Positions 38,961 to 49,173 are shown, counted from the stretch's first letter. The stretch: DNA of 64,000 nt from an uncultured Chlorobiaceae bacterium (GCA_964512655.1 CAZEJT010000005.1:135559-199558), one strand, 5' to 3'. The notes: a model not told the origin generated them from the sequence alone. Numbers and translations: made by a program.

Positions 38961-41465
38961 TCATTTGATTAGCATGAGCTTCCTCGTGACAGTAAACGCA
39001 CCAGCCTGCAATCGATAGTAATACACTCCACTGGCGCTATTATCGGCGTTCCATATCGCCGAGTGTGCGCCTGCGCTGAGGTATTGCGATACTAAAGTTG
39101 TCACTTCCCGACCCACGACGTCGAAAACTTTCAGAGATACGAACTCAGGTCTCGGAAGGGAAAACTGAATAGAAGTGCTCGGGTTGAAAGGATTTGGAAA
39201 GTTTTCCTCTGCTGCATATTCTGCAGGGATTTGGACGACATCAGTTGAACGCGATGGTGTTCTATGAGTGACGTGGGTAATCTCGGCACAATTTCCCTTG
39301 ACAACATGGCCTGATCCAGGGCCCTCTGTTGCGGGTTTACCAGAATTATCGTGGGGCACGTATACATGGCAAACCGCGGTCGACCGGTTTCCGGAGTTAT
39401 CGGTAGCAGCGTATGTGATGCTGTAAATCCGGCCATTACCGTTTCCATCCCGTTCAGCACGTAATCTCACAGTGTCGGGGCAGGTGATAATTATGTCGCT
39501 CATGCGATCCCCATCGCCGTCACCTCGGAGGTCTTCTCCTTCGTCGGAAGCCACAGAAATCACGGAAATTGTTGGGGCTGAATCACAGAGATCAGTTACG
39601 CTTTCAATGCAATCACTCACGCTGATGGTATGATACCTATGATTTGGTGGCCACAGTATGGGCCCCTGCTTTTTAGTGACAATGACGGGTGGTGTTGTAT
39701 CTGGTGTTACCACAATCTTGACAATGTTGCTGGGGCTTGATGCCGGGCCGCCGTTTAGGCTGGCTCCCAGATAATATTTTCCGAGCAGATTACAAGGTGC
39801 AGTCAACCCGGAAACAACGACAGACTGAAATTCCTTTTGTGCTAAACTAACATTCACACTCACTGTTCCGAGATCGATATCATTATCGGTTGCTGGAGAA
39901 TCGGGCCTGACAGGATCGGGCGATAAAAAGAAGTCAATTGCTACAGAACCTGAGACGGGTGGCGATGAGAAGTTGTAAAGGCGAACGTTCATGTCTGGAA
40001 AGGGTCGCCCCTGCTCTATTGAACTTGGTGCCGCGCCTACTTCGTATGCGACGATATCCTGCATCACCATTATTGACGGAACGGTTTCGGCGGAATCCTT
40101 TATTGCAATTTGAGCACCATACCAAGCCGGATAGGAATTGACAGCAAACTTCACGGTCTTGAAGGGCTTGGAAATATCCCCAGGTAGCGGATCGTCATCC
40201 GGAGCAGGCAGTTGGTCTACACACGGAAGCAACAGTTTATCAATGCCAAGTGTTTTGTCAACGTTTATTTGTTGCCCAAAGTGTTCAAATACTTCCCTGT
40301 TAGCGCCAGCAACCCTGTACTTATACAGTAAGACGTGAAGCTGCCCCGTGATCCCCGGTGCTCTCCCATCGTTTAAGTCCCATATTGTTAAACCCTCGGG
40401 GGACCATGACGCTGCCTCACCACCTACTAAACAATTTCCTCCTCCGCACCCAAGAGGATAAAAGTAATCGAAATAGACCGGACCGGCAAACGGAAACCGC
40501 GGACTGTGATTAAAGGAGCGTATGACTTCTTTCCAACTCAGGGCATCAAAAACGTGTAGCCCATCATATTGGAACTCCTGGCCGTGTCCATGTCCCTCGC
40601 AACATCCGCTTCCCGCACAGATATACAATAAATCGCCGCCCGGAGTAAACTCTCCTCCTTGCATATTATACAACTCGTGCTGTTGACCATCCCGAGTGAG
40701 GAGCTCTATAGTCGGGGAAAACACATACTTTAATTCGATCGCTCCTTTGTATCCACTTCGTGGTAATGACTCCCAAGGAATCCTGTAGCGCAGTAGAGTT
40801 CGCGGATAGCGAAAGTGAGCTGATTGGTCGTCGCAATCGGGAACAGGCGGAGCATAATCGAAATCCTCAGACGTATAGAGATCACCTGTCTTCGGATGGA
40901 TGGCACACCAACCCGTAGATCGCTGCATCGTCAAGTTTCCATAGGCAACAAGACTCAGATCATTCGCGCGGAAAATTCCAATGATGGGAATACAGCCACC
41001 TGTCATCGGCACGACGATATAGTCTGTGCCTGAATAGTTGTAGTGATCCGGATCGCCCCAGTGCCAATAGCCCGCAAGATCAGGGAACTGATTCATGTTT
41101 ACGATGTGCACGCGGGGATTTTTCATAACATCGTCGTTTATGGGCACATCCACCGGGACTTTGAACAGATACCCTGTATTAGTACAGGTCCAAGTAAAGT
41201 ACCAGTTGTCATCGTCATGAGCCACACCTTGAGCCTCTCCGTCGGCTAGCCCATGACCTTCATGACATCCCTGGGGATCGTCGTAGTTCAAGGTCCACAG
41301 GTGGCCATAACTTGGATTGTTAGTGGACCTCAGATAGTAAGATGGGGTTGAATTTCTAGTATGTGGGCGTTGAGCGAAAATGCTGACAACAAAACAACTG
41401 TTAATTATAACAAGTCCTGCCACGGTGAAATATGTATTCCACATTCCTGTTCGTCGAGTGGACAT
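38961..41465 (-). CDS. large secreted T9SS cargo protein (834 aa) with C-terminal Por sorting domain
   Basis: An N-terminal hydrophobic signal is present. The C-terminal pattern FPNPFNPSTSIQFSLP...VFDVVGREV...SGVYYYRLQAG...KLMLIK is the T9SS CTD. Confidence 0.7.
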   Translation of the reverse strand: MSTRRTGMWNTYFTVAGLVIINSCFVVSIFAQRPHTRNSTPSYYLRSTNNPSYGHLWTLNYDDPQGCHEGHGLADGEAQGVAHDDDNWYFTWTCTNTGYLFKVPVDVPINDDVMKNPRVHIVNMNQFPDLAGYWHWGDPDHYNYSGTDYIVVPMTGGCIPIIGIFRANDLSLVAYGNLTMQRSTGWCAIHPKTGDLYTSEDFDYAPPVPDCDDQSAHFRYPRTLLRYRIPWESLPRSGYKGAIELKYVFSPTIELLTRDGQQHELYNMQGGEFTPGGDLLYICAGSGCCEGHGHGQEFQYDGLHVFDALSWKEVIRSFNHSPRFPFAGPVYFDYFYPLGCGGGNCLVGGEAASWSPEGLTIWDLNDGRAPGITGQLHVLLYKYRVAGANREVFEHFGQQINVDKTLGIDKLLLPCVDQLPAPDDDPLPGDISKPFKTVKFAVNSYPAWYGAQIAIKDSAETVPSIMVMQDIVAYEVGAAPSSIEQGRPFPDMNVRLYNFSSPPVSGSVAIDFFLSPDPVRPDSPATDNDIDLGTVSVNVSLAQKEFQSVVVSGLTAPCNLLGKYYLGASLNGGPASSPSNIVKIVVTPDTTPPVIVTKKQGPILWPPNHRYHTISVSDCIESVTDLCDSAPTISVISVASDEGEDLRGDGDGDRMSDIIITCPDTVRLRAERDGNGNGRIYSITYAATDNSGNRSTAVCHVYVPHDNSGKPATEGPGSGHVVKGNCAEITHVTHRTPSRSTDVVQIPAEYAAEENFPNPFNPSTSIQFSLPRPEFVSLKVFDVVGREVTTLVSQYLSAGAHSAIWNADNSASGVYYYRLQAGAFTVTRKLMLIK

Positions 41466-41852
41466 GTTGTTTATTCCTCCTTTGTTGATGTCGGGCTAAC
41501 GTCCCTTTCCGAAATCATCGCTGGTGATTTCGATGAAATGCAGTATTCGAGACGGTATGTTTTGGCCGGATCTACCTTCTGACGAGATTTTGGTATATCT
41601 TACCACCTCTGCCGAAAGAGTTACCCACAAATCCTCGGCGGGAGGGTCGCCTATCCCTCACCCTCCCACCGATTCGCCTCCTCCTCTTAACTCAACCGCT
41701 AAGGCTTCAAGGAGCAGCGATGCGATAGAATTTATCATCGCAAATTACCTGATCGAAACTGGATGAGGTCATTTGAAGCTGGTAGGTCTCCCCCCATCAA
41801 AAGTTAAAGGTTCGCACCGCGAAGACCAACGGAATTCATTCACGGTTTCTTG

Positions 41853-42182
41853 TCATCGCCCTTTCGTCCCCCTCAGCTCTGTCAATGGAATTCCGAATGC
41901 TCGTTTTACCCATCGGTAGAATGCGAGGTCGTCAACAAAACCCAGTTCTGCTCCTATCTCAAATCCAAGTCGTTGTGTCCTGGAAATTTGTTCGAGTAGA
42001 TGCATTTTCCGGCAAGAGTCTACGTATTTTTTCGCCGTCACGCCCTCTCGGGTGCGGAACGCGCGCGCCAAATTGCCCGGGTCCAAGCCATGTAGGAGTG
42101 CAACCTGCTTGAGGTTTCCTCCCTTTTTCCAATTCGACTTGATGTAGTCGATCGCCTTGTCTGTTTTGCTGTTGACCGGCAT
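41853..42182 (-). CDS. AraC-type HTH domain protein (stand-alone or remnant)
   Basis: The 109-aa ORF matches only the C-terminal AraC/XylS HTH region (LARAFRTREGVTAKKYVDSCRKMHLLEQ...YRWVKRAFGIPLTELRG). No ligand-binding domain is present. Confidence 0.45.
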   Translation of the reverse strand: MPVNSKTDKAIDYIKSNWKKGGNLKQVALLHGLDPGNLARAFRTREGVTAKKYVDSCRKMHLLEQISRTQRLGFEIGAELGFVDDLAFYRWVKRAFGIPLTELRGTKGR

Positions 42183-42336
42183 GCCCGGGCTTGTGCTTCT
42201 CGGAGCATGTAGTCGTTTGAGGCAGGAAAAGGTTACTGAGGATAACTCGCATCCGGCCGGGCCTGAAGTCCGGTGGAGCCAGGAATGGAAATACTAAGGG
42301 AAACTGACCCCCCTTGGAAGGTCTAACGCTCAGTCA

Positions 42337-44850
42337 TTAGTGTGCGCCATACATTCTCCAATCACCTGTAGAAACGCATCCTGCCCAGGAATAGGGGTTC
42401 GTGGATTGTCTGCGTGCGCGTAGGTCCTTCAATCGATTAATCATTGCCTTCTGCACCAATGCTGGATAATCCGGAGCATCCTGAGAGTAGAGGTCTGTCA
42501 TGAACTTCATCGTCCCCTCGTCTTGAATCTGCCAAAGCGAGCTCACGACCGTCCTCGCTCCGGCCATTTGAAACGCCCTCCGTAGCCCATAGACCCCTTC
42601 ACCCTGCTCAACCTTTCCAAGACCGGTTTCACACGCAGATAACACTGCGAGGTCAACCCCGCGCATATTCATGCCGGAGACCTCAAGTGCGGTGAGCACA
42701 CCGTCCTCACCTCCGGGAATCTCGGCCCCTTCACCATGCAGATTAGAACCTGCAAGGAACAATCCTGATTGCAGCAATGGATTTTCATCGAGGAGTTTTA
42801 TCTCATTCGTGTTGAGCTTGACCGTTCTCTGTGCTGCGCATTCTCCGCCGAGAAAATAGGCGTGCGTCGCAAAATGAAGGACGCGATACCCCGATTCCTC
42901 GGACTTGAAGTTTTCCTCGCTGGCGCTCGCACCAACTCGAATCGTCGAACGCTCGTGCCCAAAATACTTTGCAATGGTCTCGACCTCCAGCCGAGTGGCC
43001 GACAATGGACCGACTTTAGTTTCACTTAACGCGCTGCACGAGGATCTGAGATTATGCAAACTCTTGTCGTCATAGGTGTGGGCAACGGCCGATACCACAT
43101 TTCGATTTGTTCGCCTCTCAGTTGCAGGAGCCTCAAAATCGGGATCCCCAAATGCCAGAAGACCCGAACCATGATCCGATACCTTCCCGGCGTATCGCAA
43201 CACATCGCGGCCGGCGGAAAGGTACTGGATCGCATGGCTTTCGATTAGATACGTTCGATCTCCATCCGGGAGGCCGGCAAACGAGAGCAGATTTAACGCT
43301 CCATCTCCCGAAATGAAGAGTCGGTTCATAGCGCGGATTCGATGCGAAATGGGCTTCCAAATAAGAGCACTAAGATTATGGAGATTAGCTTTAGCCTGTG
43401 AATCGAGCGCGGTTGGGACTATTCCGCGCAGGCCGCTTGCGATTGCCATGTAGCCCGTCTGGTGAAGTATCAGAGTATCAATCTCGGAAGCGGGTCCAAT
43501 GTCGATTGCGTACGGGCTGTGCGACTTGTCAATGAGGATTTCCATGTACCTGGGCGTAATAGAGTCCCTCCGGGTGTACCAGTAGTTCCATCGCGCAAAC
43601 TCCATTAATGTCGTATTTTGTGGAAGACTCCTGCGTATCTTATCCAACAAACCATTGGGTTTGAGATTCGAAACTACTTCGTTGAGTCCGCGAAGCGCGA
43701 GGAGGGATTCCAGGCTATCTTGTTGATGATCCATTTGCTTGATCTGAGCGAAAGAGTTTTTCTGGTTCAACACCCCGCTCGTGTAATTCCTCGAGATGTT
43801 CAGTTTTAGGCCTTGTAACTGGTCCCAAATCTGTTTCGTTACTGAATCCATTCTTGATAAAGAAGATTGCCTCTGCTCGATCGCACCGTCACTTACTCTT
43901 CCTTTAAGGAACATGACCATCTCGACGCCAAGAGGGTCGGTCAAAGTGTGGGTTTTTGTAGAGTCGAACCGGGTTGACAACCAGTAATCGAGTGATACGC
44001 GCGCCGATCGAGAGAATCGCAGGGCATCTCGCTCTGACATTAGAGCACCGATCGTTTCGAACTCAGCGAGCCTCACAGAGAGGGCTTCGGTAGCAACTTT
44101 CAGGGCGGCTGTCCACTTGTGCTGTTGACGAAGGCCACGGGTTATCGACTCCAATACTTCACCGACTCGCGAATGATACGCGGGCAGAAAGCTTCGGTAC
44201 CAAGCCAATGCTCGCTGATGCAGGCTCTCCGCTTCCGAGAACCGGCCTATGTCGTCGTACACCGCGGCGAGGTTGTTCATTACCGTGGGACGTTCCGCAT
44301 AGTTGGGATCGAGTTTATTGATAAGGTAAGAAGCCTTGACCGTCGCACTCTCCGCTGCTCCATAGTTCCCGGTAGCCCTGTACATTAGCCCGAGATTGCT
44401 GTATGTTGTCCAGAGGTTAGCGCTCTCCTTTCCTTCGAGGGCTTCCTTGATGGCCTTCGACTTCAAATACAAGGGAATTGCCCCGTCGTAGTCTCTTGCA
44501 TTGCGCCGAATCTCGGCAAGATTGTTATATATTCTGGCGATGAATAGTTCGTTTTCTCCAAAAAGTCGAACCCGTTTTTGAAGAGATGATTTCCAGACAT
44601 CTTCCGCATTGCTGTAATCCGCTTTTAGATAGTAGAATCCACCCAACCAATACTCGATCATGCTGATGGCAGTGTCTGGGTATTGTAGATCATGACGGGC
44701 GGCAGCGATCCCGGAATTGCTGAGGGCGATCGCAGAATCGAATCGTGATGCCACTGCCAGCGTCCGAGCCTCTTCGAGCAATCGGCTCCATGACTGAGCG
44801 GGAGCCGATTGGACGGAGAAAACAACGATCAGCAAAATTATGGCTCGCAT
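42337..44850 (-). CDS. secreted TPR-repeat / CHAT-domain (caspase-like) protein
   Basis: A GGAGG RBS and a signal peptide (MRAIILLIVVFSVQSAPAQS) are present. The N-terminal half is TPR-like repeats. The C-terminal half carries CHAT-type motifs (LHFATHAYF, GLFLAGSN, LAVLSACETGLG). Confidence 0.7.
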   Translation of the reverse strand: MRAIILLIVVFSVQSAPAQSWSRLLEEARTLAVASRFDSAIALSNSGIAAARHDLQYPDTAISMIEYWLGGFYYLKADYSNAEDVWKSSLQKRVRLFGENELFIARIYNNLAEIRRNARDYDGAIPLYLKSKAIKEALEGKESANLWTTYSNLGLMYRATGNYGAAESATVKASYLINKLDPNYAERPTVMNNLAAVYDDIGRFSEAESLHQRALAWYRSFLPAYHSRVGEVLESITRGLRQQHKWTAALKVATEALSVRLAEFETIGALMSERDALRFSRSARVSLDYWLSTRFDSTKTHTLTDPLGVEMVMFLKGRVSDGAIEQRQSSLSRMDSVTKQIWDQLQGLKLNISRNYTSGVLNQKNSFAQIKQMDHQQDSLESLLALRGLNEVVSNLKPNGLLDKIRRSLPQNTTLMEFARWNYWYTRRDSITPRYMEILIDKSHSPYAIDIGPASEIDTLILHQTGYMAIASGLRGIVPTALDSQAKANLHNLSALIWKPISHRIRAMNRLFISGDGALNLLSFAGLPDGDRTYLIESHAIQYLSAGRDVLRYAGKVSDHGSGLLAFGDPDFEAPATERRTNRNVVSAVAHTYDDKSLHNLRSSCSALSETKVGPLSATRLEVETIAKYFGHERSTIRVGASASEENFKSEESGYRVLHFATHAYFLGGECAAQRTVKLNTNEIKLLDENPLLQSGLFLAGSNLHGEGAEIPGGEDGVLTALEVSGMNMRGVDLAVLSACETGLGKVEQGEGVYGLRRAFQMAGARTVVSSLWQIQDEGTMKFMTDLYSQDAPDYPALVQKAMINRLKDLRARRQSTNPYSWAGCVSTGDWRMYGAH

Positions 44851-44993
44851 ACCATAACCTCCCCTGGCAGATTGTAGTTGGGATACTTGGACAAATCTAC
44901 TGAAAGACTCGCATAATCTCAAAAGTTGTAAAGATTATCGGATCTGGTTAGCTTCTTTCAAGGCGCCAGGCAAAAAGATCGTCTCTAAGACCC

Positions 44994-45533
44994 GTGGGGA
45001 CAGACTCTCAAACAACTGAACAGGCCATCAAGCGCTTCCTTGAGGGCGATCCTGAAACGACTTCGGTGATATCCGGCTGGGTCCGTGCGGTATTTCAATT
45101 CAACGCCCGACCGGGATCTCCCTCGGTCGACGATCTCGTGGAGGATACGCTTCTTAAACTGCTCCCATTGTTTAGATCAGACAATTTTCTTTGCCGCTCA
45201 TCCTTGAAGACATACGTTCAATCGATTGCCAGGCATACCCTCATTGACGCTCTTCGTAGGCGAACAGTCCGGCAGAGAATCCTCACACCTCTGGGTGATA
45301 GAGACCCGAAGGATCCGATGGACTCCGCTACGTCAATTGAGAAAGTAGATCTTCTCGCGCACCTATTGGATCTAATCGGCGAGAACTGCCGGAATCTGTG
45401 GAGACTTATATTCTTTGACGAATTGACTTATAAGGAGATCGCCCAGAAACTTGGGATCTCCGAAGCTGCGGTCAAGGTTCGAGCATTCCGGTGCAAGGAA
45501 GAAGCCCGGGTCATTCGAAAGAGCATCGAGTGA
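44994..45533 (+). CDS. ECF-family RNA polymerase sigma factor
   Basis: Region-2-like and region-4 HTH segments are present (FDELTYKEIAQKLGISEAAVKVRAFR). The ~180-aa size fits. The gene is divergent from the CHAT gene. Confidence 0.7.
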   Translation: MGTDSQTTEQAIKRFLEGDPETTSVISGWVRAVFQFNARPGSPSVDDLVEDTLLKLLPLFRSDNFLCRSSLKTYVQSIARHTLIDALRRRTVRQRILTPLGDRDPKDPMDSATSIEKVDLLAHLLDLIGENCRNLWRLIFFDELTYKEIAQKLGISEAAVKVRAFRCKEEARVIRKSIE

Positions 45534-45572
45534 AACCTTTCAGCGCCAAAAACGACTATTCCTGCTAGGCGG

Positions 45573-46433
45573 ATGATGGATATCAAAGAGCTCCGGAGAT
45601 TACTCCCTTTTTACATAGCGGGCACCTTGAATACCGGGGAACGCAATGCCGTGGAAGACGGACTGCGTGAATCAGCCGAGCTTCGAGCGGAACTCGGAGA
45701 GTGGAAGGAAATTCAACAAGTAGTAAAGGCCAGGGCCGGGTATGAGGAGGCCCATGTTCCGGCCAGTGGCCTGATTGAGTTCGCGGCGGGAAGTCTCGGG
45801 GGCCCTGATCGACAGAGAATCGCGGCCCACATCGAGTCCTGCGCTTCGTGCAAAACCGAACTCGATATCCTTCGGGAGACATTCGAAAAAAGCGATGCGG
45901 CTGCCGCATTACAATCCGCACCCATACCTGGTCCAGGATTCTTCTCAGCGCTCGTTTCGAAGTTGAAGGCGAGACGGATCCAACTGGGATTCGCCATCGC
46001 GGTTGTAGCGATAGCATCCATCGTCTTTTTGATGAGGCAGGGGTCTGGCCCCACACAGAATAGCCAGATACTCGATCTGCATTACTCTCCCGAAGTACGG
46101 GGAGGAGAAACCCGCCCCGTCCCGGAGATTTTCATAGACCAAAGGATTAAGCAAGTCGTAATGCACGTCGGCATCCCGTCCTCCGGAATTCCGGCTACAC
46201 GTTATTTACTCACACTCAGGCGTCCGAGCTTGTTGTCGGAAGAGCTGGCCGATAAACTCCCGGGAGAACCGGCAGGGGGTGAACATACGATCATCTCTTT
46301 GACGACCGCGGCTTCCCATTTTCTGGATTCTGGTCGATACGAACTGACGGTAAAGGAGGAATTTGATCACCCACCGGGAGGTATCCAGCCGTCAACATAC
46401 CTCATTCCATTCAATATATCGCCCGACCACTAA
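45573..46433 (+). CDS. putative membrane anti-sigma factor (zinc-finger type)
   Basis: The ORF lies immediately downstream of the ECF sigma gene. An N-terminal anti-sigma-like region has an H...C..C motif (AAHIESCASCKTEL), followed by a TM helix (FAIAVVAIASIVFLM). Confidence 0.5.
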   Translation: MMDIKELRRLLPFYIAGTLNTGERNAVEDGLRESAELRAELGEWKEIQQVVKARAGYEEAHVPASGLIEFAAGSLGGPDRQRIAAHIESCASCKTELDILRETFEKSDAAAALQSAPIPGPGFFSALVSKLKARRIQLGFAIAVVAIASIVFLMRQGSGPTQNSQILDLHYSPEVRGGETRPVPEIFIDQRIKQVVMHVGIPSSGIPATRYLLTLRRPSLLSEELADKLPGEPAGGEHTIISLTTAASHFLDSGRYELTVKEEFDHPPGGIQPSTYLIPFNISPDH

Positions 46434-46658
46434 CACCCGATACAACACTCGCCTAAGCTTGAGCACGTCCCCCGTGGACACAGCGGAATTTATCCCCCAA
46501 CCAGTGTTCGCGTCGAAATATCCATAGGATCTCCAGGTTTCACTTTTCCAACCACACTAGTTTAGGAATGTATTTCTTAGTAGAGAGTCTGAAGGTTTCA
46601 AACGAATAAATGGGGGTAGAGATGCTCGTCAAATAGGTAGATTCTTGAAGGAGGCCCT

Positions 46659-47324
46659 ATGAAAACCGCGCACATACCATTCCTCGCCCTTCTTACCGGG
46701 GCAGTACTCCTCACACTGATCTTCTCAGATCAAACGCCGGCTCAACGTGAACAAACCGACGAACCGTCAGGAAGAACCGTGCGCATTTTTCGGGTATTAG
46801 ACATCACCCCCGTGTACACTCTCACCGTGTCCACAAACTCAGGGAACGGAACTGTCACTAAGTATCCAGATCAATCAATGTACGATTACAAGAGCGCCGT
46901 CCGTCTCTGGGCGATCCCCATCGCCGGGGCCCACTTCGTCAAATGGACCGGGGATGTTCGGCAAAGTGAGAGCACGAAGAATCCGCTGACCGTCACCATG
47001 CTGGACAATAGTTCGATCACCGCCATCTTTGCGCTAAATTCAAACACCATTGCATTTGCGCTTGATCAGAACTATCCCAATCCCTTCAATCCTTCAACAA
47101 TTATTGCATTCCAACTTCCAGTTCGCGCCCGGGTCAGACTCAAGGTGTATGATGTGTTGGGTAAGGAGGTGGCACAATTGGTGGATGAAACCGAGGATGC
47201 GGGTTACAAGACAGTCGAGTGGCGTGCAGGTACCGCTCCGAGCGGAGTCTATTTCTATCGCATCGAAATGAATACGGCCGACGACCGCTTCATGGCGGTG
47301 AAGGAAATGCTTCTCGTGAAATGA
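46659..47324 (+). CDS. small secreted T9SS cargo protein (221 aa)
   Basis: A signal peptide is present. The C-terminal pattern LDQNYPNPFNPSTIIAFQLP...VYDVLGKEV...SGVYFYRIEMN...KEMLLVK is the T9SS CTD. Confidence 0.65.
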   Translation: MKTAHIPFLALLTGAVLLTLIFSDQTPAQREQTDEPSGRTVRIFRVLDITPVYTLTVSTNSGNGTVTKYPDQSMYDYKSAVRLWAIPIAGAHFVKWTGDVRQSESTKNPLTVTMLDNSSITAIFALNSNTIAFALDQNYPNPFNPSTIIAFQLPVRARVRLKVYDVLGKEVAQLVDETEDAGYKTVEWRAGTAPSGVYFYRIEMNTADDRFMAVKEMLLVK

Positions 47325-47339
47325 ACTTGGAGGGGTAAA

Positions 47340-47384
47340 GAACCACAAAGTCCCAACCGAAACTCCTTGGTTGGGACTTGTGGT
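47340..47384. terminator. bidirectional stem-loop terminator between convergent genes
   Basis: AACCACAAAGTCCCAACC-gaaactcctt-GGTTGGGACTTGTGGTT forms a 17-bp stem with one bulge and is followed by TT. It lies between the stops of the + gene at 47324 and the - gene at 47401. Confidence 0.55.
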
Positions 47385-47400
47385 TTACTTACTACAAATT

Positions 47401-47868
47401 CTACTTTCCCGCTTCAACTGGAACTACGTCAAACTTGCCGGTGCTCGTGACAAAAAATATTGTCTCCGAATCTGCAGCACCCTTTGTGCTGTGGCGATCA
47501 CCTGCTGGGTAGGTGAAATACGATCCGGCACCTAAGCTCTTCTCTTCTCCCTTCTCAGGCACATAGATGTATGCGCCCTTGAGAACAACAACCCGAAGGG
47601 CACTGCTGTGGTAATGCAGCGCGTTCGAGAAGCCCGGGGGGAACTTGATAAACATGCCGAAGGGACCCTTGTCGGGGTTTCCCCAAAGCACACATCCCAT
47701 CACACCCGATCCCGGCGGTGCATTCTTGAGCGTGTCCCACTTGATTTCATCGGCAGTCCACATCACCTTCTCGCCTTTCCCCTTCATTTTCTGAGCCGGG
47801 GCGTTGGCTGAACCCAATAGAAGCAATCCCATCAAAACAACGAGGGAAGACAACAGTACTTTCTTCAT
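47401..47868 (-). CDS. secreted cupin-domain protein
   Basis: A signal peptide (MKKVLLSSLVVLMGLLLLGSANA) is present. A cupin-like core with the His-containing motif (HYHSSALRVVVLKG...YPAGDRH) follows. Confidence 0.55.
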   Translation of the reverse strand: MKKVLLSSLVVLMGLLLLGSANAPAQKMKGKGEKVMWTADEIKWDTLKNAPPGSGVMGCVLWGNPDKGPFGMFIKFPPGFSNALHYHSSALRVVVLKGAYIYVPEKGEEKSLGAGSYFTYPAGDRHSTKGAADSETIFFVTSTGKFDVVPVEAGK

Positions 47869-47996
47869 CCGAATCTCCTCTGAATGTTTGAAACGGTGAG
47901 TTTGTGGGATAAAATAATAACTTCTCGCAAGAAGTCAAATATTGTTGACCCCGAGCACGTAGGTGCCCCATTCAACTGGCTATCTAGGGAGCTCAC

Positions 47997-48063
47997 TTGT
48001 TGCCTCACGTAAGTTTCTATTCGAAATCTGATTCGTTGCCTCATCTAAGTTTCTATTCGAAAT
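47997..48063. repeat. 35-bp-period imperfect tandem direct repeat (2 full copies plus a partial third)
   Basis: TTGTTGCCTCACGTAAGTTTCTATTCGAAAT (47997-48027) and TCGTTGCCTCATCTAAGTTTCTATTCGAAAT (48033-48063) agree at 28 of 31 positions. ATTCGTTTCACC follows as a partial third copy. The repeat is intergenic. Confidence 0.8.
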
Positions 48064-48289
48064 AGGATTCGTTTCACCCGACGTGTGTCTTTATGAACTG
48101 GGGCCGACCAGTCATTGTCTTGGCCTGAGATACCGCCGCAAAGTCAATGATGGCTGATTATTCAAGGTTCTGACAATACCGTGAATCCTCTTCACCCCTA
48201 TTGATTGCATCATGAGCAATGCGGTTGTATATTGTGTGTAATTCCGCGGAGGCACTCCCCTCCGGCTAGGATTATCCTATGGCGATGCA

Positions 48290-48478
48290 ATGATCAAACG
48301 GGTTGTCAAAAAAGGGCGCTTAAGGGACTTCTCGGAGATTAGAAGCAATCTTACCTACTGGTCGTCGAAAACTCCGGATGAGCGTATCTCGGCAGTTGAG
48401 CATTTAAGGAGGCAGCGAATTGGAAATTCAGCAAGACTTCAGAGATCTGCTCGCGTCGTTCAACGCCCACGGGGTTGA
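48290..48478 (+). CDS. small ORF (62 aa), possible partner of the downstream nucleotidyltransferase; may be spurious
   Basis: ATG start with a weak RBS. The ORF overlaps the next ORF by 59 bp in a different frame and is basic. Confidence 0.25.
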   Translation: MIKRVVKKGRLRDFSEIRSNLTYWSSKTPDERISAVEHLRRQRIGNSARLQRSARVVQRPRG

Positions 48479-48866
48479 TTACATTGTCATCGGAGCGTTT
48501 GCACTGGCCTACCACGGCGCTCCACGGTACACGGGGGACCTCGATGTCCTCGTCCGGCCTGAACTGGATAATGCACGGCGTATTCTGGAGGCACTCGAAG
48601 AGTTCGGATTTGGGGCTCTCGACTTAATGGCGGGCGATTTCACCACTGCTGATCGAGTTGTGCAATTGGGGGTCGCCCCGGTTCGCGTCGATATTGTGAC
48701 ATCGATTACGGGCGTCACCTGGGTGGACGCAACCTCTGGAAGAGTGAGGGGGTCATTTGGCGACGTCGAAGTGTATTATCTCGGGAGGAAACAATTCATA
48801 CTCAACAAGAGGTCACTCGGAAGAAAAAAGGACCTCGCGGACTTGGAGGCGATTGGCGAGGTGTGA
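48420..48866 (+). CDS. minimal nucleotidyltransferase-fold protein (pol-beta superfamily)
   Basis: A TTG start sits 7 nt after AAGGAGG. The hG[GS]-x9-13-Dh[DE]h signature appears as GAFALAYHGAPRYTGDLDVLV. The protein is 148 aa. Confidence 0.55.
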   Translation: MEIQQDFRDLLASFNAHGVDYIVIGAFALAYHGAPRYTGDLDVLVRPELDNARRILEALEEFGFGALDLMAGDFTTADRVVQLGVAPVRVDIVTSITGVTWVDATSGRVRGSFGDVEVYYLGRKQFILNKRSLGRKKDLADLEAIGEV

Positions 48867-49173
48867 TTCCAGCTCCAGGCGGTTTCCACCCCTTTATAGA
48901 CCTTCGGGGAAATGGATAGCTATCCCTGAACTCACCGCATTTCTCATCTTAGCCGTCGCGCATACATTTACAGCATTCGCCTTTGTGGTAATCGCCCGAT
49001 CGATGGCCCGTTCAGAGACGTAGAGGAAAAGCTCTTAGCTGGGCGCCATCTTCTCGGCACTTAGATGACTCAGGTAGATGCAGCGAGCGGGGGCATGACT
49101 ATATTCTGCTCGAAGTGTATATTGGGGGTGCGAAAACGAGGTGCGGGAGCATCATTTTGCAAGAACGGAGATG

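Noticed and set aside
41466-41852. Intergenic ORF 41524-41766 (80 aa) and possible regulatory RNA between the T9SS cargo gene and the AraC-HTH ORF
   Set aside because: There is no RBS or motif. The region is more likely the promoter/5' region of the minus-strand 834-aa gene. I saw no convincing structured element.
47997-48070. Possible CRISPR array (direct repeats of ~31 nt with ~4-nt spacing)
   Set aside because: There are only about 2.4 copies with a 35-bp period and essentially no spacers. No cas genes are nearby. This is a simple tandem repeat, not a CRISPR locus.
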